A stretch of 63,887 bases of DNA, filler included, from Folioceros fuciformis (taxonomy: Eukaryota), in the NCBI GenBank assembly GCA_049999805.1. It is 11 parts of 11 records of this genome, joined end to end, with 100 filler letters (N's around TTAATTAATTAA, not from the genome) between each part and the next. Parts side by side here need not be neighbours in the genome. Positions count along the whole stretch, not along the records: positions 47,992 to 54,634 come from JBNGIO010003151.1; positions 54,735 to 59,957 come from JBNGIO010003152.1; 9 more parts are not named here. The stretch is one strand, 5' to 3'. The notes beneath the pieces were generated by a model that saw only the letters and a list, made by a program, of their open reading frames with translations, ran no database searches and was not told the DNA's origin. Positions 47,992 to 57,379 of the stretch are shown here, piece by piece. Every line of letters begins with the position of its first letter. The first letter of the stretch is position 1. A program made the position numbers and the translations under genes.

Positions 47992-48381
47992 TTCCCAGCA
48001 CCTCAAGGATTGTCCCCAAAGTTAAGGCCTAAGTATGGAGGTCCTTTCGTAGTTCTGAAGCGCATTGGGAATGTGGCTTACAAACTACAACTGCCTAATT
48101 GGATCTTCTCTCATTATGTGTTTCATGTCTCTTTGCTGAAACCGTTTGTGATTTCGAAAGAGAATGAAGACATGAACAAGAAAGACTATGTTATCCTGGT
48201 TCAATATAACCATAGTTTGCAGGAGATTGTTGAATTCCTAGCACAAAGAGAAGTGCCTTATGTCCGTGATAATGTTCTAGAGTATCTAGTAAGGCTTCAT
48301 GATTTTGCAGATCCTATTTGGTTTTCACTTCAAGATGTGCAATAAGGATCATGGATGATCTCACGTTATACTACGAGTCAT
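47992..48381 (+). mobile_element. Ty3/Gypsy chromovirus integrase C-terminus (GPF motif plus chromodomain-like region)
   Basis: [26 protein letters not shown]...[10 protein letters not shown] followed by IVEFL...[14 protein letters not shown]. Confidence 0.85.
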
Positions 48382-48643
48382 TGATATCAACGTAATAATA
48401 AATCAATTATATGTAAATTTGTATTCATAGAAATAAATAGGAAAGATAACAATAAAAGGTATTTTTGTGTTTCTGCCTCTCATTATTCATATTCATGTCT
48501 TCTTTATATATTACTCCAAATGACCTAATTCGAAAGGGTGCCTAAATAGGTAGTTAGTAAATATGGGTAATGACGGGGTGAAGGGTTATTACTTTAACAC
48601 TCCCTCTTAACCCTCACAAGTCACGCATGATTCTAAGTTACGT

Positions 48644-49168
48644 GTGGACTTCATTACGCCCCGAATTCTACTCAACACCCTATTTCTTCACGCTCACCAC
48701 GAGATCGGCCATGGGGCTGTAACGCGAGCAGTTCTTAAGAGCACCGTGGCACAGAGACAGCCATCATCGGAGCATACTTCCTCAGAACTTATCAAGATGT
48801 CGGCCTGCAACAAGAAGCTAAAGCTCAAAGGAGAGGAGGAGATTGTATCGGCGGTGAAGGCCCCGAAGGACAACCCACTTCCGACAGCTCCAACTCTGGC
48901 CACCAATCCTGCTTCTAGCTTGATCTCCCGCGCCACCTTACAGCAGGATCTGCGCAATCTGAGGATGAGATGGGCTGGAGTGAAAGATATCTCCTGGCAG
49001 TTCCCCAAAATAGTCGGGGAACTTGACCCCCAGAGAAGTTTCAGCTTCAACTCAACGAACAACCTTGTATCAGATGGTTCAGAAGGCGAGGAAGAGGTGA
49101 ACAGCTGGTCGCTGAGTTATGTGGTAGGGGAGAAGCCACTGGCCAACCTCATGCAGCGGGTGATTTAA
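48644..49168 (+). CDS. Antisense 3' extra ORF of the Copia element (ATG at ~48797 gives ~123 aa); unknown function
   Basis: Open frame between the pol stop and the PPT, opposite to pol. Confidence 0.4.
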   Translation: MDFITPRILLNTLFLHAHHEIGHGAVTRAVLKSTVAQRQPSSEHTSSELIKMSACNKKLKLKGEEEIVSAVKAPKDNPLPTAPTLATNPASSLISRATLQQDLRNLRMRWAGVKDISWQFPKIVGELDPQRSFSFNSTNNLVSDGSEGEEEVNSWSLSYVVGEKPLANLMQRVI

Positions 49169-49418
49169 TCTTTCGTTTAAGCTTCATCCACTCACTGCAT
49201 TATGGCTAACCTACTGTCACTGTGGTATCATTAGGTACTGACTAGTTTCATCTCCCTTTGTCTCTGCAGAAGAACAAAGGGAAAGAGATCCTGTAGTAGA
49301 AGGGAGAACACAACATCAAACTGCCAAGCTAGGAATCTAATAGATAGGTTTCTCTCTCCCTCAGCGCCACGGTACATCCTCGAGATGGTGCCTGGAGGGG
49401 TGAAGAGGAACAATCTGA

Positions 49419-52400
49419 TCACATGCTTTGTAGATAATTAGAAAAATCTACCAAGCCTAGGCCCTCCATGTGTGTATAGTGTTTATTCTTAGGCAAACCC
49501 TTCGTTAGGATATCAGCAGTGTTGTCCTCTGTCGGAATATACCCAACAACAGCAGTCCCCTTCTCAACTACATCTCTGATGTAGTGGTGTTGTATTTCGA
49601 TATGTTTAGTTCGGGCATGATACTTAGGGTGAGAAACAAGGTCAAGTGCGGACATGTTGTCGCATAATAAAGAAGTAGGTTCTGGTTGTTGTTGTCCAAG
49701 GTCTGCAAGCAAGGTACGTTCCCATTCAATTTCCTTAGAGGCTTCAGTCATACTCTTATACTCCGCTTCTGTCGATGATAGAGCGATTGACGATTGCTTT
49801 TTACTGCTCCAGCTTACGACCGCTGAAGATAAGAGAAAACAATATGCCGAGATGCTCCGTCTTGAGTCACTATCCGAAGCCCAGTCAGCATCTGTGAATC
49901 CAGAGAGGGTAAGCTTGCCTGTACCTGTTGTCTTATAAGCAAGTCCATAAAATTCTGTACCCTTCAGATATCGAATAACCCTCTTAGTGGCAACCCAATG
50001 GACCTTTCCAGGGTTTTCTAAAAACTGGGACAATGTACTGACAGCGTATTGAATGTCAGGTCTCGTCCAGTTTGCAATGAACAGTAAGCCTCCTACTGCT
50101 TGGCGATATGGAACAGTAGCCATCTCTCGGATTTCATCATGTCCTTGTGGACATTGTAGACTGGTAAGCTTAGTCCCAATAGCCATAGGGGTAGAAACTG
50201 GACGTGCCTGATCAAGTTTAAACTTTAGCAGCAATTCCTGCACATACTGATGCTGATGGATTATCAGCAGTCCTTCTGACCTCACTCGCAGCAGCTGAAT
50301 TCCCAAGCAGAACTTCAGTTCTCCGATATCTTTCATATCAAACTTGCTGCTTAACATGTCTTTAACTTCTACTAACAAAGGTTGATGATTTGTGGCTAGG
50401 ATCAGGTCATCAACATATATAGCAAGTATCAAAAAGTGTTGCCCACGGGTTAGCTTGTATACAGTGCCATCAGCAGTGTTTTGTGTAAAAGAATTTTGCA
50501 GTAAGTACTCATGGATGGTCAAGTACCAAATTCGACCACTTTGTTTTAAACCATAGATGGTTTTCAATAACTTAAGAACCTTATCCGGATGTCTCCTGTC
50601 CTCGTATCCTTCAGGCTGGACCATATACAGCTCCTCGTCCAGAGAACCATACAGGTATGCTGTACATACATCCATTTGATGAAGATCAAGGTCTAACTCG
50701 GCAGCTAGTGCAAGGATCATCCGGATGGACTGAGATCGGACTACTGGGGAGAAGGTCTCTTGATAGTCCAGACCTTCAACCTGGGTAAAGCCTCTTGCCA
50801 CCAACCTTGCTTTGTATCTGGCAATTTCACCTTTGGCATTTAACTTCAATTTGAATACCCATTTGCAGGAGATTGGCTTTCTGCCTTTGGGAAGATTAAC
50901 TAATTCCCAAGTACCATTCTTCATAAGGGAGTTGTACTCATCATCAGTAGCAGTCTTCCATCTCTCTTTTTCGGCACTAGAGAAGGCCTCTTTAAGTGTT
51001 TTAGGTTCCAAATGGAGTGTACTAGATGCTGAATGACAAACGTCTGCATATGAGGTTCTGAAGTCTATAGATTCATATCTAGGTTCCTTCCACTCTGTAG
51101 GAGGTTGTCTGACTCTACTGGAACGGCGAGGTGGAAGGTCAAGTACGGGGGCTGGCGGAACATGCTGGTAGTCAGGTTGTAGTGGCTGTTCAGGTAACGG
51201 GAGCGGTAAAACTCCCTCTAAAGCTGGAACGGGAGGTAAGATTTCCTCTTGCAACTGATGAGCATCAATGGGTGGGACCTGATCAGGTATCTCCAAATTC
51301 TCATTGTTATCATGTTCCATAGGTACATCTGGTGCAGGTATGTAAACAGAAGTGTCTATGTCAAATTCCTCAGCAAGCTCATCAGCGGGATCAGTCGGAT
51401 AGACAGATTCGGAGAAATTAGAAGGGTCAACAGCGGAAGGTGAGTCAGCAGACAGCTGAAAATGGTCTGGTAATCTTGGCTGATGAATTTCGAGGAAAGT
51501 GACTGAACGGGCTAACACTACTTTTCTGTTGGTAGGGTCATAGAGCTTATAAGCCTTCGATTGTTCACTATAGCCAACGAAAATAAGGGCTTGAGCTCGA
51601 GGATCCAGCTTGCGTCGTTTCTCCCCCGGAACGAGAGCAAAAGCCTTAGAGCCAAAAACTCTGAGGTGAAGAAGGCTGGGCTTTCTACGCCACATCACTT
51701 CAAAAGGAGTCCGGGCTGTGAGGGAGCTAGTGAATAAACGATTCAAAACATAAGTGGCGGTAACAATCACCTCGGCCCAAAAATGTTGAGGTAAACCTGC
51801 CCATAAGAGCATGCTCCGTGTCATTGCAAGAAGAGTCTGATTCTTTCTTTCAGCTACTTCATTTTGTTGTGGAGTGTAGGGAACAGTAAACTGGCGTTGG
51901 ATGCCTCTGTCCTGAAGATAGGAATCAAAAACATGATTGACAAATTCTGAACCATTGTCTGTACGAAGACATTTGAGCTGTTTTCCTGTTTGTCTCTCAA
52001 CTAGCTGTAGCCATTCGGTAAAAATATCGAAGGTATCACTTTTCAAATGCATAGGGTATGTCCAGGTGTACCGGGAGTAATCATCCGTCAAGCAAAGGTA
52101 ATAAATTGCTCCCCCTAATGATGAAACTTGGATCTTTCCTGAAATATCAGAGTGCACTAATTCCAAAATGTCTGTAGCCCTGTAGGTGGCGGCTTGCGGA
52201 AAAGGATGTTCTTTCTGCTTAGCAATAATACAAGCTTCACAGGGAGGAAGCTCCTTGAAGACTTGAGGTAATTGCTCAGCATGACAATCCTGTAAAGACA
52301 TATCCAGCAGTTTCCTCTGATTTACATGGCCTAGTCTTGCATGCCAAAGGACAGCAAGCTGTTCAGGGTGTTTTGAAACTGCAGCAATGCTATGCTGGAT

Positions 52401-53879
52401 AGCATAGATATCTAAGTTGTATAAGCCATATTCCAGAGTACCCTGAAAGACTGAGGACATTGGCTTGGCTGACAGGTAGAAGGAGCAAATATTGTTCGAG
52501 GCTTTCATCTCATACTTTCCAAGCTGCATAAGCTTACTTAAGGAAAACAGGTTTTTCGCCATCGATGGGACATACAATACATCAGTAAGGGTAAGTATCG
52601 AGCCATCGTGTAATGTAAATTTGCAAGTGCCTGTCCCTTGAATAGGTAAGCTGGTCCGTGCTGTCTCATCGCCCAACAGGACACGTTCTGTATTGGTAGC
52701 AGGGAAAAACTCATAGAATTGTGATTTGTTCCTGCAGATATGGGAAGTAGCACCGGAATCCAAGTACCAGCTCTCTTCTGTAGGAAAAGTTCGAGCTAAG
52801 CACACTGTAAGGATCTTCACTACAGATTTAGTGTCACCTTGTGTCCTTGGTTTAGTTGAAGCTGTCGCCACTGTTTTCTGCATACGCTGGGGCTCACCTG
52901 CTTTTTTCTTCCTGCAGTCTCTTGCCCAATGTCCTGGAATTCCACACCAATGGTAATTTCCAGGACGCTTTCCTGTAGCAAAAGATCGGTTTGTAGGATT
53001 CGAGGGCATCTTCCCTTTTCCTTTAAACTGTCTTTGATGTGCAACCAGTATCCTTTCTGATTTGTTCTTAGGAATAGATTGAGAGAAAACCCTGCTCTGC
53101 TCCTCCTGGTACAAGGCCCCAATTACGTCTTCCAGCGTAAGTGTGCTTGTACTTCCAGAGGCAACAGACGCACTGGCCTGTCGGATTGGGCCATTTTGGC
53201 TGGTCACAAAAGACTGGTAAGAAGGAGGCAACCTGGTTAACAATTCAGCTACTGCATCTAATTCAGACATAGAGACACCAGTCAGCGAGGTGATCTGTGC
53301 CTTCAGATGTCTGAATTTGCTGGTAAACATTGCAACCTTATCTCCCTCTTTCATTCTCAAATTATAAAACTCATGCTTCAAAGCGCATAGAGTTAATACA
53401 TTTTTAACTTGATACGTTTTCTCTAGCTGATCCCAAATGTGGGCTGCATGTGTGAGGAACTCAACTTCAGGAATAAGGTCGGCATCCAATCCTCCTATCA
53501 GAAGGGCAACTGCGATGCCATTTAACTCCTCCCACTCTGCAACTTTTTCCGCAGTTGGTGGGGGTATAGAATTGGGATCAGGTTTCTTATAAGTTCCATC
53601 GACTATATTCCATACATGCCTTGCCGTCAGGGTGGCCTTCATTCGTATTCGCCAGACAGGGTATCTAGTACCATTGAAACGGTCTTTTTCTTTCAATTCA
53701 GATGTATAAATTGCTTTTGGCGAAGTCACACTAGCCATACTGACTGATGCTATGTGATTAAGGCTCAAACTCTGCAGGCTATGTATGAGGGAATCTACTG
53801 CGCCAGCCAAACCTGTGGTCATAAAACTAAGACAGGGTATAACGGAAACAGTATGGGATTTTTGGTGACTCAATTTCAA
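49419..53879 (-). CDS. Full-length Copia gag-pol polyprotein (gag, PR, IN, RT, RNase H); true start probably an internal ATG
   Basis: 1486 codons without a stop. WYLDSGATSH, LWHARLGH...CEAC, TDNGSEF, HQMDV, YGLKQSGRIW, IYVDD, FTDADWA, SSTEAEY, RTKHIE, ADILTK. Confidence 0.96.
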   Translation of the reverse strand: MKLSHQKSHTVSVIPCLSFMTTGLAGAVDSLIHSLQSLSLNHIASVSMASVTSPKAIYTSELKEKDRFNGTRYPVWRIRMKATLTARHVWNIVDGTYKKPDPNSIPPPTAEKVAEWEELNGIAVALLIGGLDADLIPEVEFLTHAAHIWDQLEKTYQVKNVLTLCALKHEFYNLRMKEGDKVAMFTSKFRHLKAQITSLTGVSMSELDAVAELLTRLPPSYQSFVTSQNGPIRQASASVASGSTSTLTLEDVIGALYQEEQSRVFSQSIPKNKSERILVAHQRQFKGKGKMPSNPTNRSFATGKRPGNYHWCGIPGHWARDCRKKKAGEPQRMQKTVATASTKPRTQGDTKSVVKILTVCLARTFPTEESWYLDSGATSHICRNKSQFYEFFPATNTERVLLGDETARTSLPIQGTGTCKFTLHDGSILTLTDVLYVPSMAKNLFSLSKLMQLGKYEMKASNNICSFYLSAKPMSSVFQGTLEYGLYNLDIYAIQHSIAAVSKHPEQLAVLWHARLGHVNQRKLLDMSLQDCHAEQLPQVFKELPPCEACIIAKQKEHPFPQAATYRATDILELVHSDISGKIQVSSLGGAIYYLCLTDDYSRYTWTYPMHLKSDTFDIFTEWLQLVERQTGKQLKCLRTDNGSEFVNHVFDSYLQDRGIQRQFTVPYTPQQNEVAERKNQTLLAMTRSMLLWAGLPQHFWAEVIVTATYVLNRLFTSSLTARTPFEVMWRRKPSLLHLRVFGSKAFALVPGEKRRKLDPRAQALIFVGYSEQSKAYKLYDPTNRKVVLARSVTFLEIHQPRLPDHFQLSADSPSAVDPSNFSESVYPTDPADELAEEFDIDTSVYIPAPDVPMEHDNNENLEIPDQVPPIDAHQLQEEILPPVPALEGVLPLPLPEQPLQPDYQHVPPAPVLDLPPRRSSRVRQPPTEWKEPRYESIDFRTSYADVCHSASSTLHLEPKTLKEAFSSAEKERWKTATDDEYNSLMKNGTWELVNLPKGRKPISCKWVFKLKLNAKGEIARYKARLVARGFTQVEGLDYQETFSPVVRSQSIRMILALAAELDLDLHQMDVCTAYLYGSLDEELYMVQPEGYEDRRHPDKVLKLLKTIYGLKQSGRIWYLTIHEYLLQNSFTQNTADGTVYKLTRGQHFLILAIYVDDLILATNHQPLLVEVKDMLSSKFDMKDIGELKFCLGIQLLRVRSEGLLIIHQHQYVQELLLKFKLDQARPVSTPMAIGTKLTSLQCPQGHDEIREMATVPYRQAVGGLLFIANWTRPDIQYAVSTLSQFLENPGKVHWVATKRVIRYLKGTEFYGLAYKTTGTGKLTLSGFTDADWASDSDSRRSISAYCFLLSSAVVSWSSKKQSSIALSSTEAEYKSMTEASKEIEWERTLLADLGQQQPEPTSLLCDNMSALDLVSHPKYHARTKHIEIQHHYIRDVVEKGTAVVGYIPTEDNTADILTKGLPKNKHYTHMEGLGLVDFSNYLQSM

Positions 53880-54045
53880 AAGTCATATATTTTAGGGATG
53901 GCTGTTCGTGAAAATAAATAAAAAAACCTAACCGTTTCATAATGTTTCATGCAGAGGGGCATGCGCCAATGAGAATGAATTAGACACTTTAAGGTGAAAA
54001 GACGCACGACCAGTCGTGCCCTTTCAAATCTCGTACGTGTCAGGT

Positions 54046-54582
54046 TCAATTCCTGGCTGCATCGCCAACTTCTGCATGCGCTACAATCGAGATTAAATTA
54101 TCAAGTATTCTTACAACTTCGAATAGATCATTTCTTATTCCATGTGATCCGAGAGTAACTGCTCTTTCAGTAGAGATTCTTAATTCCTGAATTCGATTCT
54201 GAATGATCACTTGTTGTGAGAGTATTTGGGATTGAATTCTCTTCAACTGCCTTAATTGAGTTGTAAAATCTTTGATAATTATACTAATTTCCTCTTGTTT
54301 TATGTTAGTATCATACGAAGCGGGGGCAGATTCACTATACTTGCGAGGAGATGTTCTGGATTGGATGATCGTTTCAGAATTTAGATGTCTCGGATTCTTC
54401 AGAAATTTCTTTGCTGATTTATCCTGGCAGCATTGCTCATTTTTCAGATATTCTATGAAATCTCTATTAAATACAGAAGATAGCTTCTGCCCAAGCTCAG
54501 GACAGTCATTTTTCATAGACAATTTGTGAATAAAATTTTGGCTATGATCTAATCCGTTTTTTGGATTTTCTATAATTGCCAT
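54046..54582 (-). CDS. Extra 5' ORF (178 aa) immediately after the PBS and upstream of Copia gag; coiled-coil-like C-terminal half
   Basis: ATG-started intact ORF on the element's sense strand; IKDFTTQLRQLKRIQSQILSQQVIIQNRIQELRIS. Confidence 0.55.
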   Translation of the reverse strand: MAIIENPKNGLDHSQNFIHKLSMKNDCPELGQKLSSVFNRDFIEYLKNEQCCQDKSAKKFLKNPRHLNSETIIQSRTSPRKYSESAPASYDTNIKQEEISIIIKDFTTQLRQLKRIQSQILSQQVIIQNRIQELRISTERAVTLGSHGIRNDLFEVVRILDNLISIVAHAEVGDAARN

Positions 54583-54734
54583 ATCGGCAATTCATATGAC
54601 TGCCTGGCTTATTCATTATTACACTATATGCTCTNNNNNNNNNNNNNNNNNNNNNNNNNNNNNNNNNNNNNNNNNNNNTTAATTAATTAANNNNNNNNNN
54701 NNNNNNNNNNNNNNNNNNNNNNNNNNNNNNNNNN

Positions 54735-54901
54735 ATGCTGTCTTCCTCCCGCCGTGGCTCCCGAGCGTTTCGACGCTGCCTTCCTCCTTCCGTGGCTCCC
54801 GAACGTTTCGATGCTACCTCCCTCCCGCCGTGGCTCCCGAGCGTTTCAACGCTGCCTCCCTCCTGCTGTGGCTCCTAAGCGTTTCGACACTGCCTCCCTC
54901 C
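54735..54901. repeat. 38-bp tandem repeat, ~4.4 copies, abutting a gap
   Basis: Unit a(t/c)gctgcct(t/c)cctcccgccgtggctcccgagcgtttcg starts at 54735, 54773, 54811, 54849 and 54887. Confidence 0.92.
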
Positions 54902-55676
54902 TAAGCTTGCACCTGCTTGATTCTGCCTTGCCTGATAGCCGCACCTCCCGATTCCACCCTACGGGATATGGTGAACGCCGCCGCCGCCGCCCTAGCTCCT
55001 ACCTAGCTGAGACGTTGATGCAGGATTCTAGTTGTCAAAGGTCGACGTTAATGTAGGAAATTGTGGACGATGTTGATGGCAGACACCGTGCCTTCACCCT
55101 CTCCTTTTACAAGTCCTATTCTGGCGCGCACAACTTTTTTCTCCAGGTCCTCCAACACCACTAGATGTTGAGGTTTTTGGGTTGACCTAAACAGTGGTGA
55201 TTTAAGATATGATGCATTTTTTTGAGTTGGGCTAGTTGTAAACTGGGGTTAGAGTAACCTTGGGTTTATTTTCCTAATCGTAGTTAGCCGAGATTAGATG
55301 CTGGTTTTTGCTTGTTGCAAACGATCATCCAGTATTAATTATGACAGCTGTTTGATACGAATGTACTTAGTTAAACAATGCTATTCACGGAAGGTTCCGT
55401 TTCAAACTAACCACCAAAGCGAAGTGAGTAATATTTCCAGCGGCTGCTTCCAAGAGCACCTACGAGATTGAAGCCATCTTCTCTGTGCCTAGGGGTGGCG
55501 AGAGCTTATGCATGAGCAACTTTAGGGTGAAGAAGCACAGCCACCACTTGCATTCAAGGTGATAAGAGATGACAGCGCTATGAATGGATGGCAAGATGCA
55601 ACACTGGAACCGAGAATGAGAAGGATGCCCAATCCTTTGGGCATCGTATAGGGCTCATTGAGAAGATGTGTGGTGG

Positions 55677-56226
55677 TGTGGAGGAAAATATTGTGTCCGA
55701 GGACACATTTTGGTGTGTTTGCATGTGAGGAGAGTGTTGCATGCGTGTGCGGGAGAGTGTGGCTGATCCGCGGGGTCTTATTCGTTAAGGATTAGCATTT
55801 GCATGTGTGAGGGGTATCCAATAAGACCAGATCTATGAGTCTAGAAGTCCCTGGGGCAGAAACCCGTAGTGGAAACCCGCGGCGGCGCATTCAAGGTGGA
55901 AAATAATAGTTAGGGTTTTGAGTGGGACCCACCATGGTACTGGAGACCACTACCGGTCGCGGAACCCGTGACCGCTGTCGTAGAGTAGGGACCAGAGTCG
56001 TAGAGTAGGGTCTACGGTAGCTAGACTAACTGGAGGGTAGAGGTAGTTGAGCTTGTAGGTAGTAGGGCAGTAGTGGATAAGGCCTGACCTAGGTAAGAGC
56101 CAGTAGTAAAAGAAACCTATGTTACTTGTCACAAATCATTCGCTTGGGAGCGAATCCCATGGTTACAACGACATAGAGGGTTTGTGTGGGCCTCGCAGTG
56201 TCCTCGGACACAACATTTTATTCCAC
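55677..56226. mobile_element. ~550-bp non-autonomous element or solo LTR with ~30-bp terminal inverted repeats
   Basis: Left GTGGAGGAAAATATTGTGTCCGAGGACAC versus reverse complement of the right end GTGGAATAAAATGTTGTGTCCGAGGACAC. No convincing TSD seen. Confidence 0.65.
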
Positions 56227-57379
56227 TGTAGGCCTTGGTCCCTTCTATTCCCACACGCACATGGAAAACAAGGTTTCAGCAACCCCAGTTGTTGGTTCCA
56301 CGACTGTTGCTGCTTCCTTCACCGCCGTGGGACTCCCCTCTACCGGAGTCGTCTCTCCCCTACCAATAGCGGCTTCCGCTACCTCGGTTGTGGACCTGCT
56401 GCTCCGTTTGACCTTGGGCGCGCCATGCCCCTACAATGGCGAAATCGGCTATTTGTAGAGAGCCTAAGACATGCTCGAATAAAGCATCCTTCAACGATGC
56501 AAATATGAATTGCCATGCAAAATCAACACGTGCATCTTGTTTATCATTAAGTTGTTGTACACACATGTGTGGAACCTTTGATTGCCGAGTTTGTCAATAG
56601 CAATTGAATGCAATTCATCCGTCCCAAAACGTGCAAACACGCATGAACTAGGTGAAAAGGTTCGTGAAAGGTTTGGATCCCGAGCAAAGCACCATTTGTC
56701 TGGAAAGACCCGAATTATTTCAAACGGTGTTAACATAAAGAGTGATATGTTGCTAGTACTATAGCCCCTGAGGAGACCTAGTATCAATATCCATCGCTGC
56801 TAGTTTATAGGCCCTAGGAAGCACTAGAGGTATCAATATCCACTCCCCTACGAGCTATCTCTTACCAATAGCTCCTCAAGGGGTCTCAGGCAAACCTTTA
56901 CTTCTTAATCAATGGTGGGTCTTGCTTTCGTCTTCTTGTCTCTTTTGCATATGGCTTACTTGGTACATTGTTTTTTTTTTGTGACGAAAAGAATTCTGAT
57001 TATGAGTGGAAGATGCCTCCCACTTACAATACAAAGGGAACCCCATGCTAACATATGTACATAGATCGAGCACCAAAAGAAAGGGGCAAAGACAGGCCTT
57101 GAGTCCAAAACTTGAGATAAGGCGCTCAGGGAGCGCTCCCCTACACTATGGTGCCCGCAAACTGCCAAAGGCGCTTATGCTCATGGCTCAAAGTCTCCCA
57201 AGGACCCTAAGGACTCACCTTCCCCAGGGGCACGAATGATTCCAACGCGTATCTTTCCCAGGCATTAGGAAGCCTGCCGTCCTCTAATCTTTCCGCTTAA
57301 ACTGTTTCCGACGGGATTGCTCCAAAGCTTTTGCTGCAATCAATAAAAGCTCCCATATGCGCCACAACAAAGCTTTCGA

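Larger units (their letters stand above)
48382..54634 (-). mobile_element. Ty1/Copia element with intact gag-pol, 5' extra ORF and 3' antisense ORF; 3' LTR ~48599-48382, 5' LTR in gap
   Basis: PPT AAGAGGGAG followed by TGTTAAAG at 48599 (minus strand). The contig ends in GCTCT, the first bases of a reverse-complement PBS. The left LTR boundary (TG at 48382) is inferred. Confidence 0.9.
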
